Positions 15,788-26,133 of a stretch of DNA of 39,434 nt are shown in pieces. Origin of the DNA: an uncultured Oscillospiraceae bacterium. GTDB lineage: Bacteria; Bacillota; Clostridia; Oscillospirales; Oscillospiraceae. The notes beneath the pieces are model-generated. The model did not search any database. It had not been told where the DNA came from and was given only the letters and a program-made list of their open reading frames with translations. Each line of letters begins with the position of its first letter. Position 1 is the first letter of the stretch. The position numbers and the translations under genes were made by a program. The stretch lies in contig CAYQWH010000002.1 of the NCBI GenBank assembly GCA_964421265.1, positions 1-39,434 of the forward strand, in the 5' to 3' direction.

Positions 15788-18700
15788 GTGGCATGGACGG
15801 AGAGGGACATACAGTCCATTTTCAGCAAGAAGGACTTCGCGAGGGGCAAGGAATACTATCAATACGGTAAGGTACATGATCTTAAAATCAGGGGCCAACC
15901 CGGCAGTGAGGAAATCGCCTGCGTAGTAAACGGAACGAAACCCTACAATGTGTATGTGAGCTTTGACGGCTCAATAGTGAAGATACGCTGCAGCTGTGAT
16001 CAGTTCGCGCAAAAACGGGTCTGCAAGCACGTAGCGGCGGCGATGATCGCTTTCGTAAAAAACGAAAAGGCCAGCTATCCTCTGAGCAGCGATACGGCGG
16101 TGAACAGACTATTAAAATCGTACCTTGAAGACGCTCAGAATACGGATCTGCGTGAGGAAAAGGCGCGCGTTGTGCCAAAAATATACTATAACGCGTCCAG
16201 AGCCGGGAATTATCCGTCGTTCTCACTTCAAGTGGGCTTTGACAGACTTTATGTGGTAAAAGATATTCGCGCTTTCGCGGATAATATTGCGAACCGCAGG
16301 ACTGTAGCCTACGGGAAGAATCTCACGTTGTACCACGCGTTGGAGCAGTTTGACGATTTATCCCAGCAGCTTATCGCTGTAATCATGGATCAATTTATGG
16401 AGTTCCGCGTCTCTTCCCGCTCTTCCAGCTATTTCACGGACCTCAGCTATGGCCTTTGGGAACGGAACGGTCAAAAAAACCGGATTGTATTAACCGGCAG
16501 TTCGTTTGACGCATGGTTCAACATTCTTAACAGCCAGACCATAGAGCGCGCGGACACGGACAGTATGTGCCGTTTCCGGGACGGCAGCCCGGAGATAAGC
16601 GTTACGCTCCACAGACGTAACCGCGCGGCGGAGATTGAGGTAAACAGCAACGAACAATGGCAGTATTTTGGAAGCAACTATAACCTTTACGCGATAAACT
16701 CAGACGAGCTTCTGCATTGTCCGGAGACATTCCGGCGGAAAATCTGGTCACTCATTGACACCGGCGCCAGTAAGCATCGGATTGCTTTCGCCGACCTGCC
16801 GGCGTTTTGCAGCTGTGTGCTGCCGGAGATCCGGGACATAGCGGATGTGCGGGATCCCGATAACCTTATGGATGAGTATCTGCCGGATGAATGCGTGCCT
16901 TACTACTATTTTGACATGGAAGACGGCGTATTGAGCGCAAGGCTGGCGTTTCGATATGGTGATACGAGCTTCGATTTCGGCTCCGACCGTGTGCCCGCGT
17001 CAATAAAACGCGATATGCTGGCGGAGAGCGCGGCGCAGCGGTTAATGGACAGATATTTTGAGCATGAAAACGGCAATAAGTACTATCTCGCCGGTGATGA
17101 CGCGGTGTACAGCTTTCTGACTGACAATATTGAACATTTTCACGAGAGCGGCGAGGTGTTTATAACCGACAGGCTCCGCGCGCAGCGCGTTCAGGTCTCC
17201 TCCGCCGGTGTTGGCATATCCGTGTCCGGCGGTCTTATCGACCTTAACGTTGACACAGGCGGGTTCCCGCCGGAGGAACTGGAGGATCTCTATCAGAGCC
17301 TCCTCAGAAAGCGCCGTTACTATAAACTCCGTGACGGCAGGTACCTGACGCTGAACGGCTCCGAGTGTGAGACGCTGGCGGAGATGTCCCATATGCTCCA
17401 GCTCAAACCCGACGATCTGAAAAAAGGCTCTGTGAAGCTGCCTGCGTTCAGGGGATTATATTTAGACAGTCTCTTAAAAGGCAGTGAGAGCCTGTCCGTT
17501 CACCGTGACAGGCAATTCCGGGACATGATCCGCAACTTCAAATCATTATCCGAGTCCGACTACACGCTGCCGGAGACGCTGGAAAACACGCTGCGGCCAT
17601 ACCAGCGCGTCGGGTTCCAATGGCTCAAGACGCTGGAAAGCTATGGCTTTGGCGGGATACTTGCCGATGAGATGGGACTTGGCAAAACCATTCAGGTTAT
17701 AGCGTTTCTCATGACGGCGAAGCGCGAAAAAACAGGCATGGCCAGTCTTGTGGTCTGCCCCGCCTCGTTAATACTGAACTGGTCTGACGAATGTGCCCGC
17801 TTCGCGCCGTCGCTGAAGGTAAAGCTTATAATGGGTACCGCGACGGAGCGCAGAAAGCTGATCGCCGAGAGCGACGATTCCGACGTGTGGGTCACGTCGT
17901 ATGAGCTTTTGCGCTCCGACGTAGAGAAATACTCGGAGTTCAGATTTTATAGCTGTATTCTTGATGAGGGACAGCACATAAAAAATCAGTCAACTCAGGT
18001 GTCAAAGGCCGTAAAACGGATAGACTGTCAGCAGCGGTTCGTGCTGACCGGTACGCCGGTTGAGAACCGTCTGAGTGAGCTTTGGAACCTGTTTGATTTT
18101 CTCATGCCCGGCTACCTGTTCTCTCACAATGGCTTTGTCGATAAGCTGGAGAAACCGATAATACGCAGCGATGACAAGGGCGCTATGGAACAGCTCAAAC
18201 GTCTTGTGCAGCCCTTCGTATTGCGGCGCATGAAAGCCGACGTTCTGAAGGAACTTCCGCCAAAGATTGAGCACGTGAGAAAGATTGCCCTGTCGGAAGA
18301 GGAACGGAAGGTATATCTCGCCGCGTCGCTTGACATGAAACGGAAGCTTGAGTCCGGAGAGCCGGGAAAACTGGCGATATTGGCGGCGTTGACGCAGCTT
18401 CGCCAGATATGCTGCGCGCCGGAGCTGTGCTTTGAGAACTATCAGGGACCTGACAGCAAGCTTGAAGCGGTTCTGGAGCTTTGCGGCGGCATGGTGGAAA
18501 ATGGGCACCAGATACTGCTGTTCTCCCAGTTCACGTCAATGCTGGATATAATACGCCCGCGTCTTGACGCGCTTAACATCTCGAACTACACTCTCCAGGG
18601 ATCCACATCAAAAGAGAAACGCGCTCAGCTTGTCCGCGACTTCAACGCCGGCGGCGCGTCTGTATTCCTCATCTCCCTCAAGGCCGGCGGCACTGGGCTT

Positions 18701-18961
18701 AATCTTACCGCCGCGGACGTTGTCATACACTACGACCCATGGTGGAACATGGCCGTCCAGAACCAGGCCACCGACCGTGCCCACAGAATAGGACAGATGG
18801 CAAATGTACAGGTATACAAGCTCATCGCGAAGAACACGATTGAGGAGAAGATAATAGAGCTCCAGGAAAAGAAAGCGTCACTTATGGACGCCGTATCCGG
18901 CGACCTCGACGCGGGCATTATGAATATGTCTCAGGAAGATCTGCTCGCGCTTTTCGACTGA
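15788..18961 (+). CDS. SWIM zinc-finger / SNF2-family helicase (DEAD/DEAH-like ATPase)
   Basis: SWIM motif CSCDQFAQKRVCKH. SNF2 motifs LADEMGLGKT, DEGQHIKN, LLFSQFTSMLD and QATDRAHRIGQ. The start is probably the GTG at 15788, 6 nt after GGAGGGA. The ORF track starts at a TTG at 15773. Confidence 0.9.
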   Translation: MAWTERDIQSIFSKKDFARGKEYYQYGKVHDLKIRGQPGSEEIACVVNGTKPYNVYVSFDGSIVKIRCSCDQFAQKRVCKHVAAAMIAFVKNEKASYPLSSDTAVNRLLKSYLEDAQNTDLREEKARVVPKIYYNASRAGNYPSFSLQVGFDRLYVVKDIRAFADNIANRRTVAYGKNLTLYHALEQFDDLSQQLIAVIMDQFMEFRVSSRSSSYFTDLSYGLWERNGQKNRIVLTGSSFDAWFNILNSQTIERADTDSMCRFRDGSPEISVTLHRRNRAAEIEVNSNEQWQYFGSNYNLYAINSDELLHCPETFRRKIWSLIDTGASKHRIAFADLPAFCSCVLPEIRDIADVRDPDNLMDEYLPDECVPYYYFDMEDGVLSARLAFRYGDTSFDFGSDRVPASIKRDMLAESAAQRLMDRYFEHENGNKYYLAGDDAVYSFLTDNIEHFHESGEVFITDRLRAQRVQVSSAGVGISVSGGLIDLNVDTGGFPPEELEDLYQSLLRKRRYYKLRDGRYLTLNGSECETLAEMSHMLQLKPDDLKKGSVKLPAFRGLYLDSLLKGSESLSVHRDRQFRDMIRNFKSLSESDYTLPETLENTLRPYQRVGFQWLKTLESYGFGGILADEMGLGKTIQVIAFLMTAKREKTGMASLVVCPASLILNWSDECARFAPSLKVKLIMGTATERRKLIAESDDSDVWVTSYELLRSDVEKYSEFRFYSCILDEGQHIKNQSTQVSKAVKRIDCQQRFVLTGTPVENRLSELWNLFDFLMPGYLFSHNGFVDKLEKPIIRSDDKGAMEQLKRLVQPFVLRRMKADVLKELPPKIEHVRKIALSEEERKVYLAASLDMKRKLESGEPGKLAILAALTQLRQICCAPELCFENYQGPDSKLEAVLELCGGMVENGHQILLFSQFTSMLDIIRPRLDALNISNYTLQGSTSKEKRAQLVRDFNAGGASVFLISLKAGGTGLNLTAADVVIHYDPWWNMAVQNQATDRAHRIGQMANVQVYKLIAKNTIEEKIIELQEKKASLMDAVSGDLDAGIMNMSQEDLLALFD

Positions 18962-19071
18962 TACTAACCGTCTCATCAGTTCTTTACGCGCTTTCGGCGC
19001 CGCAAAATAGCCCGGTATGGTACTGTTCCCATATGCCGCGTACCATGGCGCCCAGCTTGGCGCGGTAAAAC

Positions 19072-19112
19072 CAGCGCGGCTGCTCGGATATGATTTCCGA
19101 GCAGCCGCGCTG
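19072..19112. terminator. Bidirectional intrinsic terminator (17-bp perfect stem) between the SNF2 gene and pyrI
   Basis: CAGCGCGGCTGCTCGGA (19072-19088) pairs with TCCGAGCAGCCGCGCTG (19096-19112). A T-rich run follows on the + strand, and TTTT follows on the - strand (GGTTTTACC). Confidence 0.7.
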
Positions 19113-19119
19113 TTATCTT

Positions 19120-19539
19120 TCATTTTGCCCGCGTATCGCAGTAAATACAGCGGTACACGCCGTGTTCCGGGTCGGTGAGCCTGAACACCTGCTCCAGCTC
19201 CTGTTCCGTCGAGGAGATGCACCTGGGATTCTTGCAGTGTATAAGCCCACGGAGCATAACCGGCAGCTTGGGATGCTTCTTCATCACTCGCTTGCCATCG
19301 CGAATTATATTTACAGTTATATTCGGATCAATATATCCCAAAATATCGAAGTTGAGGTTTATGACCTCTCCCACTTTCAGAATATCCTTGCGTCCCATTT
19401 TGGGGGACGGCGCGTTCTTGATGAGCGCGACCTCGCAGTTCAGCTTGTCCAGTTCCAGATATTGGTACAGCTCCATGCCGCGCCCAGCCGGGATGTGGTC
19501 TATAACCACTCCATCAACTATTGTGCCTATACGCATCAT
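19120..19539 (-). CDS. pyrI: Aspartate carbamoyltransferase regulatory subunit
   Basis: 139 aa with the C-terminal Zn motif CKNPRCIS...YRCIYCD. It overlaps the pyrB stop. Confidence 0.9.
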   Translation of the reverse strand: MMRIGTIVDGVVIDHIPAGRGMELYQYLELDKLNCEVALIKNAPSPKMGRKDILKVGEVINLNFDILGYIDPNITVNIIRDGKRVMKKHPKLPVMLRGLIHCKNPRCISSTEQELEQVFRLTDPEHGVYRCIYCDTRAK

Positions 19540-20450
19540 TCCACCCCCAAAAGCATCAGGATCAATGCCATACGAATGTATTTGCCGTTAAGTACCTGCC
19601 GGAAATAGCAGGCGCGCGGGTCGGAGTCGATAGCCGTGGAGATTTCGTTGACTCTCGGCAGCGGGTGCATAATAGCGAGATCCCGCTTCGCCCCCGACAG
19701 CTTATCAGGCGTCAGAATATATGTGTCTTTCAGACGCACATAATCCGCCTCGTTGAAGAACCGTTCACGCTGTACCCGTGTCATGTAGAGTATATCAAGC
19801 TGCGGCATAGCGTCTTGCAGAGATTCCGTCTCACTATATTGAACACCTTTCGCGTCCAGTATATCCGTCCGCACGTTCTCCGGTATTCTAAGCTCCTCGG
19901 GGGAGATGAGAATGAAGTTAACGTTCTCGTACCGCGACATCGCGGTCAGCAGCGAATGAACGGTTCTGCCGAACTTCAGGTCGCCGCAGCAGCCGACAGT
20001 CATATCTGTGAGCCGGCCCTTCTCGCGCTTTATCGTCAGCAAATCCGCCAGCGTCTGAGTCGGATGGTTGTGACCGCCGTCGCCCGCGTTTATAACGGGA
20101 ATGGTGGCGTTCATGGCGGCGACAAGGGGCGCTCCCTCCTTAGGGTGACGCATGGCGATTATATCCGCAAAGCAGCTCACGACCCGTGCCGTGTCCGCGA
20201 CGCTCTCGCCCTTGGACGCGGAGCTTGACTGGGATTCGGAGAAACCCAGCACATTCCCGCCAAGCTCCATCATCGCCGCTTCAAAGCTCAGTCTCGTCCT
20301 CGTGGACGGCTCATAAAACAGCGTAGCCAGCTTCTTTCCACGGCATTTCTCCGTAAAATCCCACGGAGCGGCTATTATGTCCTCGGCTTTCTCTATAAGA
20401 TGGTCTATCTCATCGGTTGTCAGGTCCTGAATATCAATAAGTCCTCTCAT
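19536..20450 (-). CDS. pyrB: Aspartate carbamoyltransferase catalytic subunit
   Basis: Carries [20 protein letters not shown] and HPLPRVNEI. Confidence 0.95.
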   Translation of the reverse strand: MRGLIDIQDLTTDEIDHLIEKAEDIIAAPWDFTEKCRGKKLATLFYEPSTRTRLSFEAAMMELGGNVLGFSESQSSSASKGESVADTARVVSCFADIIAMRHPKEGAPLVAAMNATIPVINAGDGGHNHPTQTLADLLTIKREKGRLTDMTVGCCGDLKFGRTVHSLLTAMSRYENVNFILISPEELRIPENVRTDILDAKGVQYSETESLQDAMPQLDILYMTRVQRERFFNEADYVRLKDTYILTPDKLSGAKRDLAIMHPLPRVNEISTAIDSDPRACYFRQVLNGKYIRMALILMLLGVE

Positions 20451-21089
20451 TTAACCTCCAATCCAGCTCTCATCCGACGGGTTATCACGGAACCGTATAA
20501 GCCGTTCAATATCCGGCTCCGTTATATAACCTTCCTCCGCGGCGACTCTCGCGACCGTGTCAAAGTCCGTGAGACTTACGGCTCTGACGCCTGCCTCCGC
20601 CAATCTCTCAATGCCCTTTTTCATGCCATAGGTAAATATGCAGACAATTCCCAGGACTTCAGCGCCCTCTTCACGCAGCGCGTTTACCACTTCGATGACG
20701 CTTCCGCCTGTGGAAATAAGATCCTCCACTACCACGACCCGCTCACCCGGATCGAGCCGTCCCTCAATCCTGTTCTGCCGCCCGTGATCCTTGTTCCCCG
20801 AACGCACATATCCCATGGGCAGCCCCATAATATGAGCGGTAATCGCGGCATGGGCAATCCCTGCGGTGCTGGTGCCCATAAGCGCTTCCGCCGTCGGGAA
20901 GTTCTCGCGAACGATCCGCGCCAGTCCCTCTTCCACATCGCTCCGGACAGCGTGATCCGACAGTGTAAGACGGTTGTCACAATATACCGGGCTTTTTATA
21001 CCGGACGCCCATATAAACGGCTCCTCCGGTCTGAAAAACACCGCTTTTATCTTCAGCAGGTCCCGCGCTATCTTTTCTTCCATATTCAT
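20451..21089 (-). CDS. pyrE: Orotate phosphoribosyltransferase
   Basis: PRPP motif VVVVEDLISTGGS. The start is moved to an internal ATG (MNMEEKIARDLL) so the gene no longer overlaps the pyrF coding sequence. The ATG at 21083 is equally possible. Confidence 0.88.
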   Translation of the reverse strand: MNMEEKIARDLLKIKAVFFRPEEPFIWASGIKSPVYCDNRLTLSDHAVRSDVEEGLARIVRENFPTAEALMGTSTAGIAHAAITAHIMGLPMGYVRSGNKDHGRQNRIEGRLDPGERVVVVEDLISTGGSVIEVVNALREEGAEVLGIVCIFTYGMKKGIERLAEAGVRAVSLTDFDTVARVAAEEGYITEPDIERLIRFRDNPSDESWIGG

Positions 21090-21097
21090 GAGCTTAC

Positions 21098-21802
21098 TCA
21101 AACCTCTCTCCCACAAAACTCCAACAGTGCTCTCTTATACGCCGAAACCGGGTCGGCGGCCGCCGTGATGGGACGCCCCATAACGATATAATCAGCGCCG
21201 ATTTCACCGGCCTGCTCCGGAGTCATGACCCGTCTCTGGTCGCCCACATCATTGTCAGCGAATCGGACGCCGGGCGTAACCGTGAGGAACTCCTCGCCGC
21301 AGGTCTCGTGGACAGCACGTGCCTCCAGCGGCGAACACACAACTCCGTCAAGCCCGGCGGATTTCGCGTTCAGGGCATAGTGCGTCACCACTGCCGACAT
21401 TGGCTTTTCTATAAGAAGCTCCTGGCGCATTGCCGTCTCGTCGGTACTCGTCAGCTGCGTTACAGCCAGAAGTATCGGCCTTGTACCGTCCGGGCGCGTC
21501 AGTCCCTCTACCGCCGCCCGCATCATGGCGGCTGTTCCGGAGGCGTGCAGATTCACCATATCCGCTCCGAGGTCGCGCAGCACAATCATGGCTTTTCTGA
21601 CAGTATTAGGTATGTCGTGGAGCTTCAAATCCAGGAACACCCTGTGCCCGCGCGCTTTAAGCTCACGCACTATCTCCGGCCCCTCCGCGTAAAAAAGCTC
21701 CATCCCTATTTTTACAAAGGGCTTTTCCCGGAACCTGTCAAGGAACTCAAGTGTCTTATCCCTGCCCGGAAAATCACAGGCTATTATCACATCTCTCCCC
21801 AT
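21098..21802 (-). CDS. pyrF: Orotidine 5'-phosphate decarboxylase
   Basis: Carries FLDLKLHDIPNTV and the C-terminal IVMGRPI. Confidence 0.92.
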   Translation of the reverse strand: MGRDVIIACDFPGRDKTLEFLDRFREKPFVKIGMELFYAEGPEIVRELKARGHRVFLDLKLHDIPNTVRKAMIVLRDLGADMVNLHASGTAAMMRAAVEGLTRPDGTRPILLAVTQLTSTDETAMRQELLIEKPMSAVVTHYALNAKSAGLDGVVCSPLEARAVHETCGEEFLTVTPGVRFADNDVGDQRRVMTPEQAGEIGADYIVMGRPITAAADPVSAYKRALLEFCGREV

Positions 21803-21803
21803 A

Positions 21804-22715
21804 TCAGTGCGCGCCTCCCGTTATATCACGTATATTTTCAATTCCAAGCCGTTCCATTAAATCCGGCAGTTCGTCTATAATCTTAATCAGCGCGCACGGG
21901 TCGCGAAGAGCCGCCGCGCCAACCTCCACCGCTGAAGCGCCCGCGAGCATCATTTCCACGACATCCTCCGCCGTGCTCACGCCGCCAAGCCCGATTATCG
22001 GCAGCCTGACCGCGTCATACACCTGCCAGACCATGCGCAGCGCCACAGGGAAAATCGCGGGGCCTGACAGCCCTCCGGTCACATTTTTCAGAACCGGCGC
22101 GCGTTTAGTTATATCAATTCGCATACCCAGCAGCGTATTGATCAGACTTATTCCATCCGCTCCCGCGTCCGCCGCCGCTTTTGCTATTGACACTATGTCC
22201 GTGACGTTCGGCGTCAGCTTCATATACACCGGCTTGTGAGTCACGCGCTTCACCGCCCGCGTCACCTCGCTCACGCCCTCCGGCGTAGTGCCGAAACTCA
22301 TGCCGCCGTCGTGGACGTTCGGGCAGCTGACGTTTATCTCCAGAATCTTCACGCTGTCCACCGCGCTTATCTTCTCCGCGCACTCCGCGTACTCCCGAAC
22401 AGAGAATCCGCTTATATTCGCTATCACCGGCTGATGGAAAACAGCGGAGAGCTTCGGCAATTCCTCCGCCACGACAGCGTCAACGCCGGGATTTTGCAGC
22501 CCTACGGCGTTCAGCATACCCGACGCTGACTCCGCGATACGCGGCTGCTCGTTCCCGAACCGGGCGTCACGGGTCGTGCCCTTTATGGACAGAGATCCGA
22601 GCCGGTCTATGTCCATGATGCCCGCAAACTCATATCCGTAACCGATAGTGCCGCTGGCGGCGATTACCGGATTACGCAGCGGGACGCCCGACAGATCCAC
22701 AGTGGTATTCACCAT
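21804..22715 (-). CDS. pyrD: Dihydroorotate dehydrogenase, class 1B catalytic subunit
   Basis: Carries GLQNPG, NVSCPN (catalytic Cys) and GLGGVSTAED, and is paired with pyrK. Confidence 0.92.
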   Translation of the reverse strand: MVNTTVDLSGVPLRNPVIAASGTIGYGYEFAGIMDIDRLGSLSIKGTTRDARFGNEQPRIAESASGMLNAVGLQNPGVDAVVAEELPKLSAVFHQPVIANISGFSVREYAECAEKISAVDSVKILEINVSCPNVHDGGMSFGTTPEGVSEVTRAVKRVTHKPVYMKLTPNVTDIVSIAKAAADAGADGISLINTLLGMRIDITKRAPVLKNVTGGLSGPAIFPVALRMVWQVYDAVRLPIIGLGGVSTAEDVVEMMLAGASAVEVGAAALRDPCALIKIIDELPDLMERLGIENIRDITGGAH

Positions 22716-23443
22716 ATAATCTCCTCCCTGAAAAGCACCGGGCCGTCACGGCACACGCGTTTGTACCCGTCACGAGTCTTTTTTGAACAGCCCATACACG
22801 CGCCATATCCGCAGCCCATACGCGCCTCAAAGGAGTACTGTCCATCCGTAGCCGCCGCGTCGTACACGGCTCTCAGCATCGGCTCCGGCCCACAGGCGTA
22901 GGTATATGTGTAGCCGTCAACCTGCCTCATCCCCTCTGTGACAAACCCTCTGGTCCCGCAGGAGCCGTCGGCGGTGGTCACGTAAATCCTCCCGCCAAGC
23001 TTTTCAAAGCTTTCAAGGAAGTAGATTTCCTCAGCTGTATTGAATCCCAAAACGCAGCTGAAACGCACGCCCACGCGCGCAAGCGCCTTCGCGAGTCCGT
23101 ACATCGGGGCGACGCCCGTTCCTCCTCCGATCAGCAGCGGCGCGGCGCCCGAACAGGACACGTCGTAGCCGTTGCCAAGTCCTGTCAGCACGTCAAGCTC
23201 TGTCCCCGGCTCAAGCTCACTCATCAGCTTTGTGCCGGCTCCAACAACTTTATAAATAATATTCAGTCTCCCCTCCCCCCAATCGGCCAGTGAGAAGGGG
23301 CGGCGCAGGAAGTACCCGGGAAGCAGCACGTTCACGAACTGTCCCGGTCTTATCTGTCCCGCGACATCTCCCGCCAGCTCCATCTCCCAGGTATTGACCG
23401 CAAGCGGGATGTTTTTCGTTACAGTAAAAACAGAGTCTGTCAT
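22709..23443 (-). CDS. pyrK: Dihydroorotate dehydrogenase electron-transfer subunit
   Basis: Has the ferredoxin-reductase type FAD/NAD fold (RRPFSL, GGGTGVAPM) and a C-terminal 2Fe-2S Cys cluster, CGYGACMGC...C. Confidence 0.9.
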   Translation of the reverse strand: MTDSVFTVTKNIPLAVNTWEMELAGDVAGQIRPGQFVNVLLPGYFLRRPFSLADWGEGRLNIIYKVVGAGTKLMSELEPGTELDVLTGLGNGYDVSCSGAAPLLIGGGTGVAPMYGLAKALARVGVRFSCVLGFNTAEEIYFLESFEKLGGRIYVTTADGSCGTRGFVTEGMRQVDGYTYTYACGPEPMLRAVYDAAATDGQYSFEARMGCGYGACMGCSKKTRDGYKRVCRDGPVLFREEIIW

Positions 23444-24720
23444 AATTGACCTCCGCGTATTCGGTTTTCGTCCCGCCAGACAACTTTCCCATCATACATT
23501 GTCAGCAGACACCTGCCGTAAACCGGCCATCCCTCGAACGGCGTCGCGCGTCCCATTGACAGAAACCGTGAGCTGTCTATTTCGTACCGGCAGTTGATGT
23601 CGAATATGGTTAAGTTGGCGACATTCCCGACTTCTATCGCGTTCTCGGGCAGCGCGAACCGCTTCACGGCGAATGTGAAAAGCTCCACAAGCCTTTCAAA
23701 CGGCATCACTCCGCCGCGTACAAGTTCAGTGTAAAGCACAGGGAACGCGCACTCAAGACCCACTATTCCATTCAGGCTGTCCCTCAGGCCGCCGCGCTTC
23801 TCCTCCGCCGAATGGGGCGCGTGGTCGGTGGCTATCATATCTATCGTCCCGTCGCACAGGCCGCCGATAATAGCGTCCATGTCCTCAGCGGAGCGAATCG
23901 GCGGATTCATGCGGAACCGTCCTTCGTCGCGCAGGTCGCTATCGCACAGGGCGATGTAATGCGGCGCGGTCTCGCAGGTGACGTCCAGTCCCTCCGCTTT
24001 CGCGAGCCGTATGAGCGATATGGACTCCTTGGTCGAAACATGGCACACATGGTACCCGCACCCGGTCTCACGCACAAGATCCAGGTCCCTGGCCACTTGC
24101 CGCCACTCGCTCTCCGACGGGTTGCCAACCAGTCCGAACCGCTCCGCCGCGCCGTCGTGGACGCTCCAGCCCTTCGGGAGAACCGACAGGTCCTCACAGT
24201 GGGCGGCAATAATCTTATCAAGCTTTTTCGCGTTCGTCATCGCCAGACGCATAACATCAGCGTCCTGCACGCCTCTGCCGTCGTCGGAGAATCCGCAGAC
24301 ATACGGCGCGAGCGCCGTCATGTCCGAAAGCTCCGTTCCGCTCTCACCCCGCGTTATCGCTCCGTAGGGGCGCACATCAATCACGGCGCCGCGATTTATT
24401 CTGTCAAGCTCCACGTTCAGCGTGTCAAGGCTGTCCGGCACCGGGTCAACGTTCGGCATGGCGCATATTGCCGTATAGCCGCCGCGCGCTGCCGCCAACG
24501 TACCTGTCCGTATCGTCTCCTTGTACTCAAACCCCGGCTCCCTCAGGTGTACATGGGCGTCCGCGAATCCGGGCAGGGTGACCGCTCCGTCCATGTCGAC
24601 TTCCACGTCTCCCCGTAACTGTTTCGCTATCGCCGCCGTCACGCCATCTTTTATCAGAATGTCGCAGTCGGTAAAACCATCATTTCTGTATGCCCTGACG
24701 TTTTTCAGTACCATCTCCAT
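23440..24720 (-). CDS. pyrC: Dihydroorotase
   Basis: Carries FADAHVHLREPG and ATDHAPH, with an amidohydrolase-type length of 426 aa. Confidence 0.92.
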   Translation of the reverse strand: MEMVLKNVRAYRNDGFTDCDILIKDGVTAAIAKQLRGDVEVDMDGAVTLPGFADAHVHLREPGFEYKETIRTGTLAAARGGYTAICAMPNVDPVPDSLDTLNVELDRINRGAVIDVRPYGAITRGESGTELSDMTALAPYVCGFSDDGRGVQDADVMRLAMTNAKKLDKIIAAHCEDLSVLPKGWSVHDGAAERFGLVGNPSESEWRQVARDLDLVRETGCGYHVCHVSTKESISLIRLAKAEGLDVTCETAPHYIALCDSDLRDEGRFRMNPPIRSAEDMDAIIGGLCDGTIDMIATDHAPHSAEEKRGGLRDSLNGIVGLECAFPVLYTELVRGGVMPFERLVELFTFAVKRFALPENAIEVGNVANLTIFDINCRYEIDSSRFLSMGRATPFEGWPVYGRCLLTMYDGKVVWRDENRIRGGQL

Positions 24721-24742
24721 ATATTCACGCCCTCATTTCCTG

Positions 24743-25996
24743 TCAACTGTGCCTGTCCCGCACGACCGAGAACGCCTCGTCCGCTATTTCTATCGTCTCG
24801 GCAATGTCCTCGTCGGAGAGAGCGGCGTTAATGAAATGGTTGTGGTGGTTTGTGAAAAACACTCCGCGCTTCACGCACTCCGCTATCCACTCCTGATGCA
24901 GCATAAGCGACGGATCGTCAGCTATCCTCAGGTAAAACAGAGATGGCGCTCCCGAGACGTGCAGATCGAACCCGTATTTCCCAGCCGCCCGCAGAAGTCC
25001 CTCCCTGAGCTTTTCGCCCTTCTTCAGGAGTATCCCGGGGCTGCCTATGCGTTTCATCTTCTGGACACAGGCAATTCCCGCGGCGAAAGGCACCGCGCTC
25101 ATCCAGTAACTGCCCGTAAACGAAAGGCTTGACACCGCGTTCTTCAGGAACTCTTTTCCGCAGAGCGCGGAGACATTGTACCCATTTGCCAGCGCCTTGC
25201 AGAAACATATCAGGTCGGCCTCAAAGCCGAAATAGTGGTCGGATCCCGCGATATCCAGTCTGAACCCGGCGCGCACGTCGTCTATGATAAGTACCGTCCC
25301 CGTATCGTCGCACAGCTTTCGCACCTTTTGCCAGAACCCTTTTGCCGGCATCGTGTTGTCCGAGAAGTTGCCGTGCATATACGGCTGCGCGATTATTGCC
25401 GCTATCTGCCCTTTGTAGCGGTTAAAGACCTCCGCAAGCTTCTCATAATCATTCCATTCCACATATATGTTGTTGCACACATCCTCCGGGAGCACTCCGG
25501 CGTAATCCACTTTCTGCGTCCACGGTGACACGCCGTGGTAGTACCCCTTGAAGAACACTATTTTCTTCCTGTGCGTATACGCTCTCGCCGTCATAACAGC
25601 GGCGGTCGTGACGTCGTTCCCGTTCTTGGCGAAGAACGCCCAGTCAGCGGACGCGACAGTCTCCACGAGCAAATCGGCGAAATCTATCATTATCGTGTTC
25701 GGCAGCGTCGTCACATCCGATATTTCGCTCTGTCTGCGCGCCGCCTCATCCACATCCGGATCGTGGTACCCAAGCACGTTTGGCCCGTAGCCGCACATAT
25801 AGTCTATAAACCTGTTGCCGTCCAAGTCCCACATATATGTTCCCAGCGCTTTTGAGCAGTACAGCGGGAACGCCTCGACCGGTACATAACAGCCCTCCGC
25901 CGGCCCCTGGTGCCCGTATATCCCCGACGGTATGACCCGGCACGCTCTCTCAAACGCCTCGCGGCTCCTGGGATATTCATATGTTTTCCTCATCAT
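24743..25996 (-). CDS. Class-III (GSA-aminomutase-like) PLP-dependent aminotransferase
   Basis: Carries LIIDDVRAGFR and the PLP-lysine context ICFCKALANG. It is 417 aa, and only 22 nt separate its stop from the pyrC start. Confidence 0.8.
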   Translation of the reverse strand: MMRKTYEYPRSREAFERACRVIPSGIYGHQGPAEGCYVPVEAFPLYCSKALGTYMWDLDGNRFIDYMCGYGPNVLGYHDPDVDEAARRQSEISDVTTLPNTIMIDFADLLVETVASADWAFFAKNGNDVTTAAVMTARAYTHRKKIVFFKGYYHGVSPWTQKVDYAGVLPEDVCNNIYVEWNDYEKLAEVFNRYKGQIAAIIAQPYMHGNFSDNTMPAKGFWQKVRKLCDDTGTVLIIDDVRAGFRLDIAGSDHYFGFEADLICFCKALANGYNVSALCGKEFLKNAVSSLSFTGSYWMSAVPFAAGIACVQKMKRIGSPGILLKKGEKLREGLLRAAGKYGFDLHVSGAPSLFYLRIADDPSLMLHQEWIAECVKRGVFFTNHHNHFINAALSDEDIAETIEIADEAFSVVRDRHS

Positions 25997-26061
25997 AACC
26001 TCCTCCGTAAAACCGCCCGCGTAAACGGCTGATCGCGGCAGTCACCTGATATTAGCTCTCT

Positions 26062-26133
26062 TGGAAAAGCTTTAAGCCTTATACATATAATAGCGCCAAG
26101 GGCGCGTAAAAAACTTATAAGGCGGCGCGGCGC
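26062..26133 (+). repeat. Intergenic mosaic repeat, copy C
   Basis: The segment 26094-26133 matches 15586-15625 at 35/40. It shares TTATACATATA with copy R. It lies antisense inside the minus-strand operon. Confidence 0.6.

Noticed and set aside
15788-18961. Treating the SNF2 helicase as an anti-phage defence system.
   Set aside because: It is a single gene with its own promoter and terminator, flanked by housekeeping genes. None of the partner genes that define SNF2-containing defence systems is present.
26051-26066. PyrR-binding box in the minus-sense RNA upstream of the aminotransferase-pyrC genes (UUCCAAGAGAGCUAAU).
   Set aside because: It resembles the UCCAGAGAGGCU core only after deleting one A and accepting a G-to-C change. 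The expected anti-antiterminator / terminator context is weak (a 5-bp stem with two G-U pairs before UUUU). No pyrR gene is in the window.
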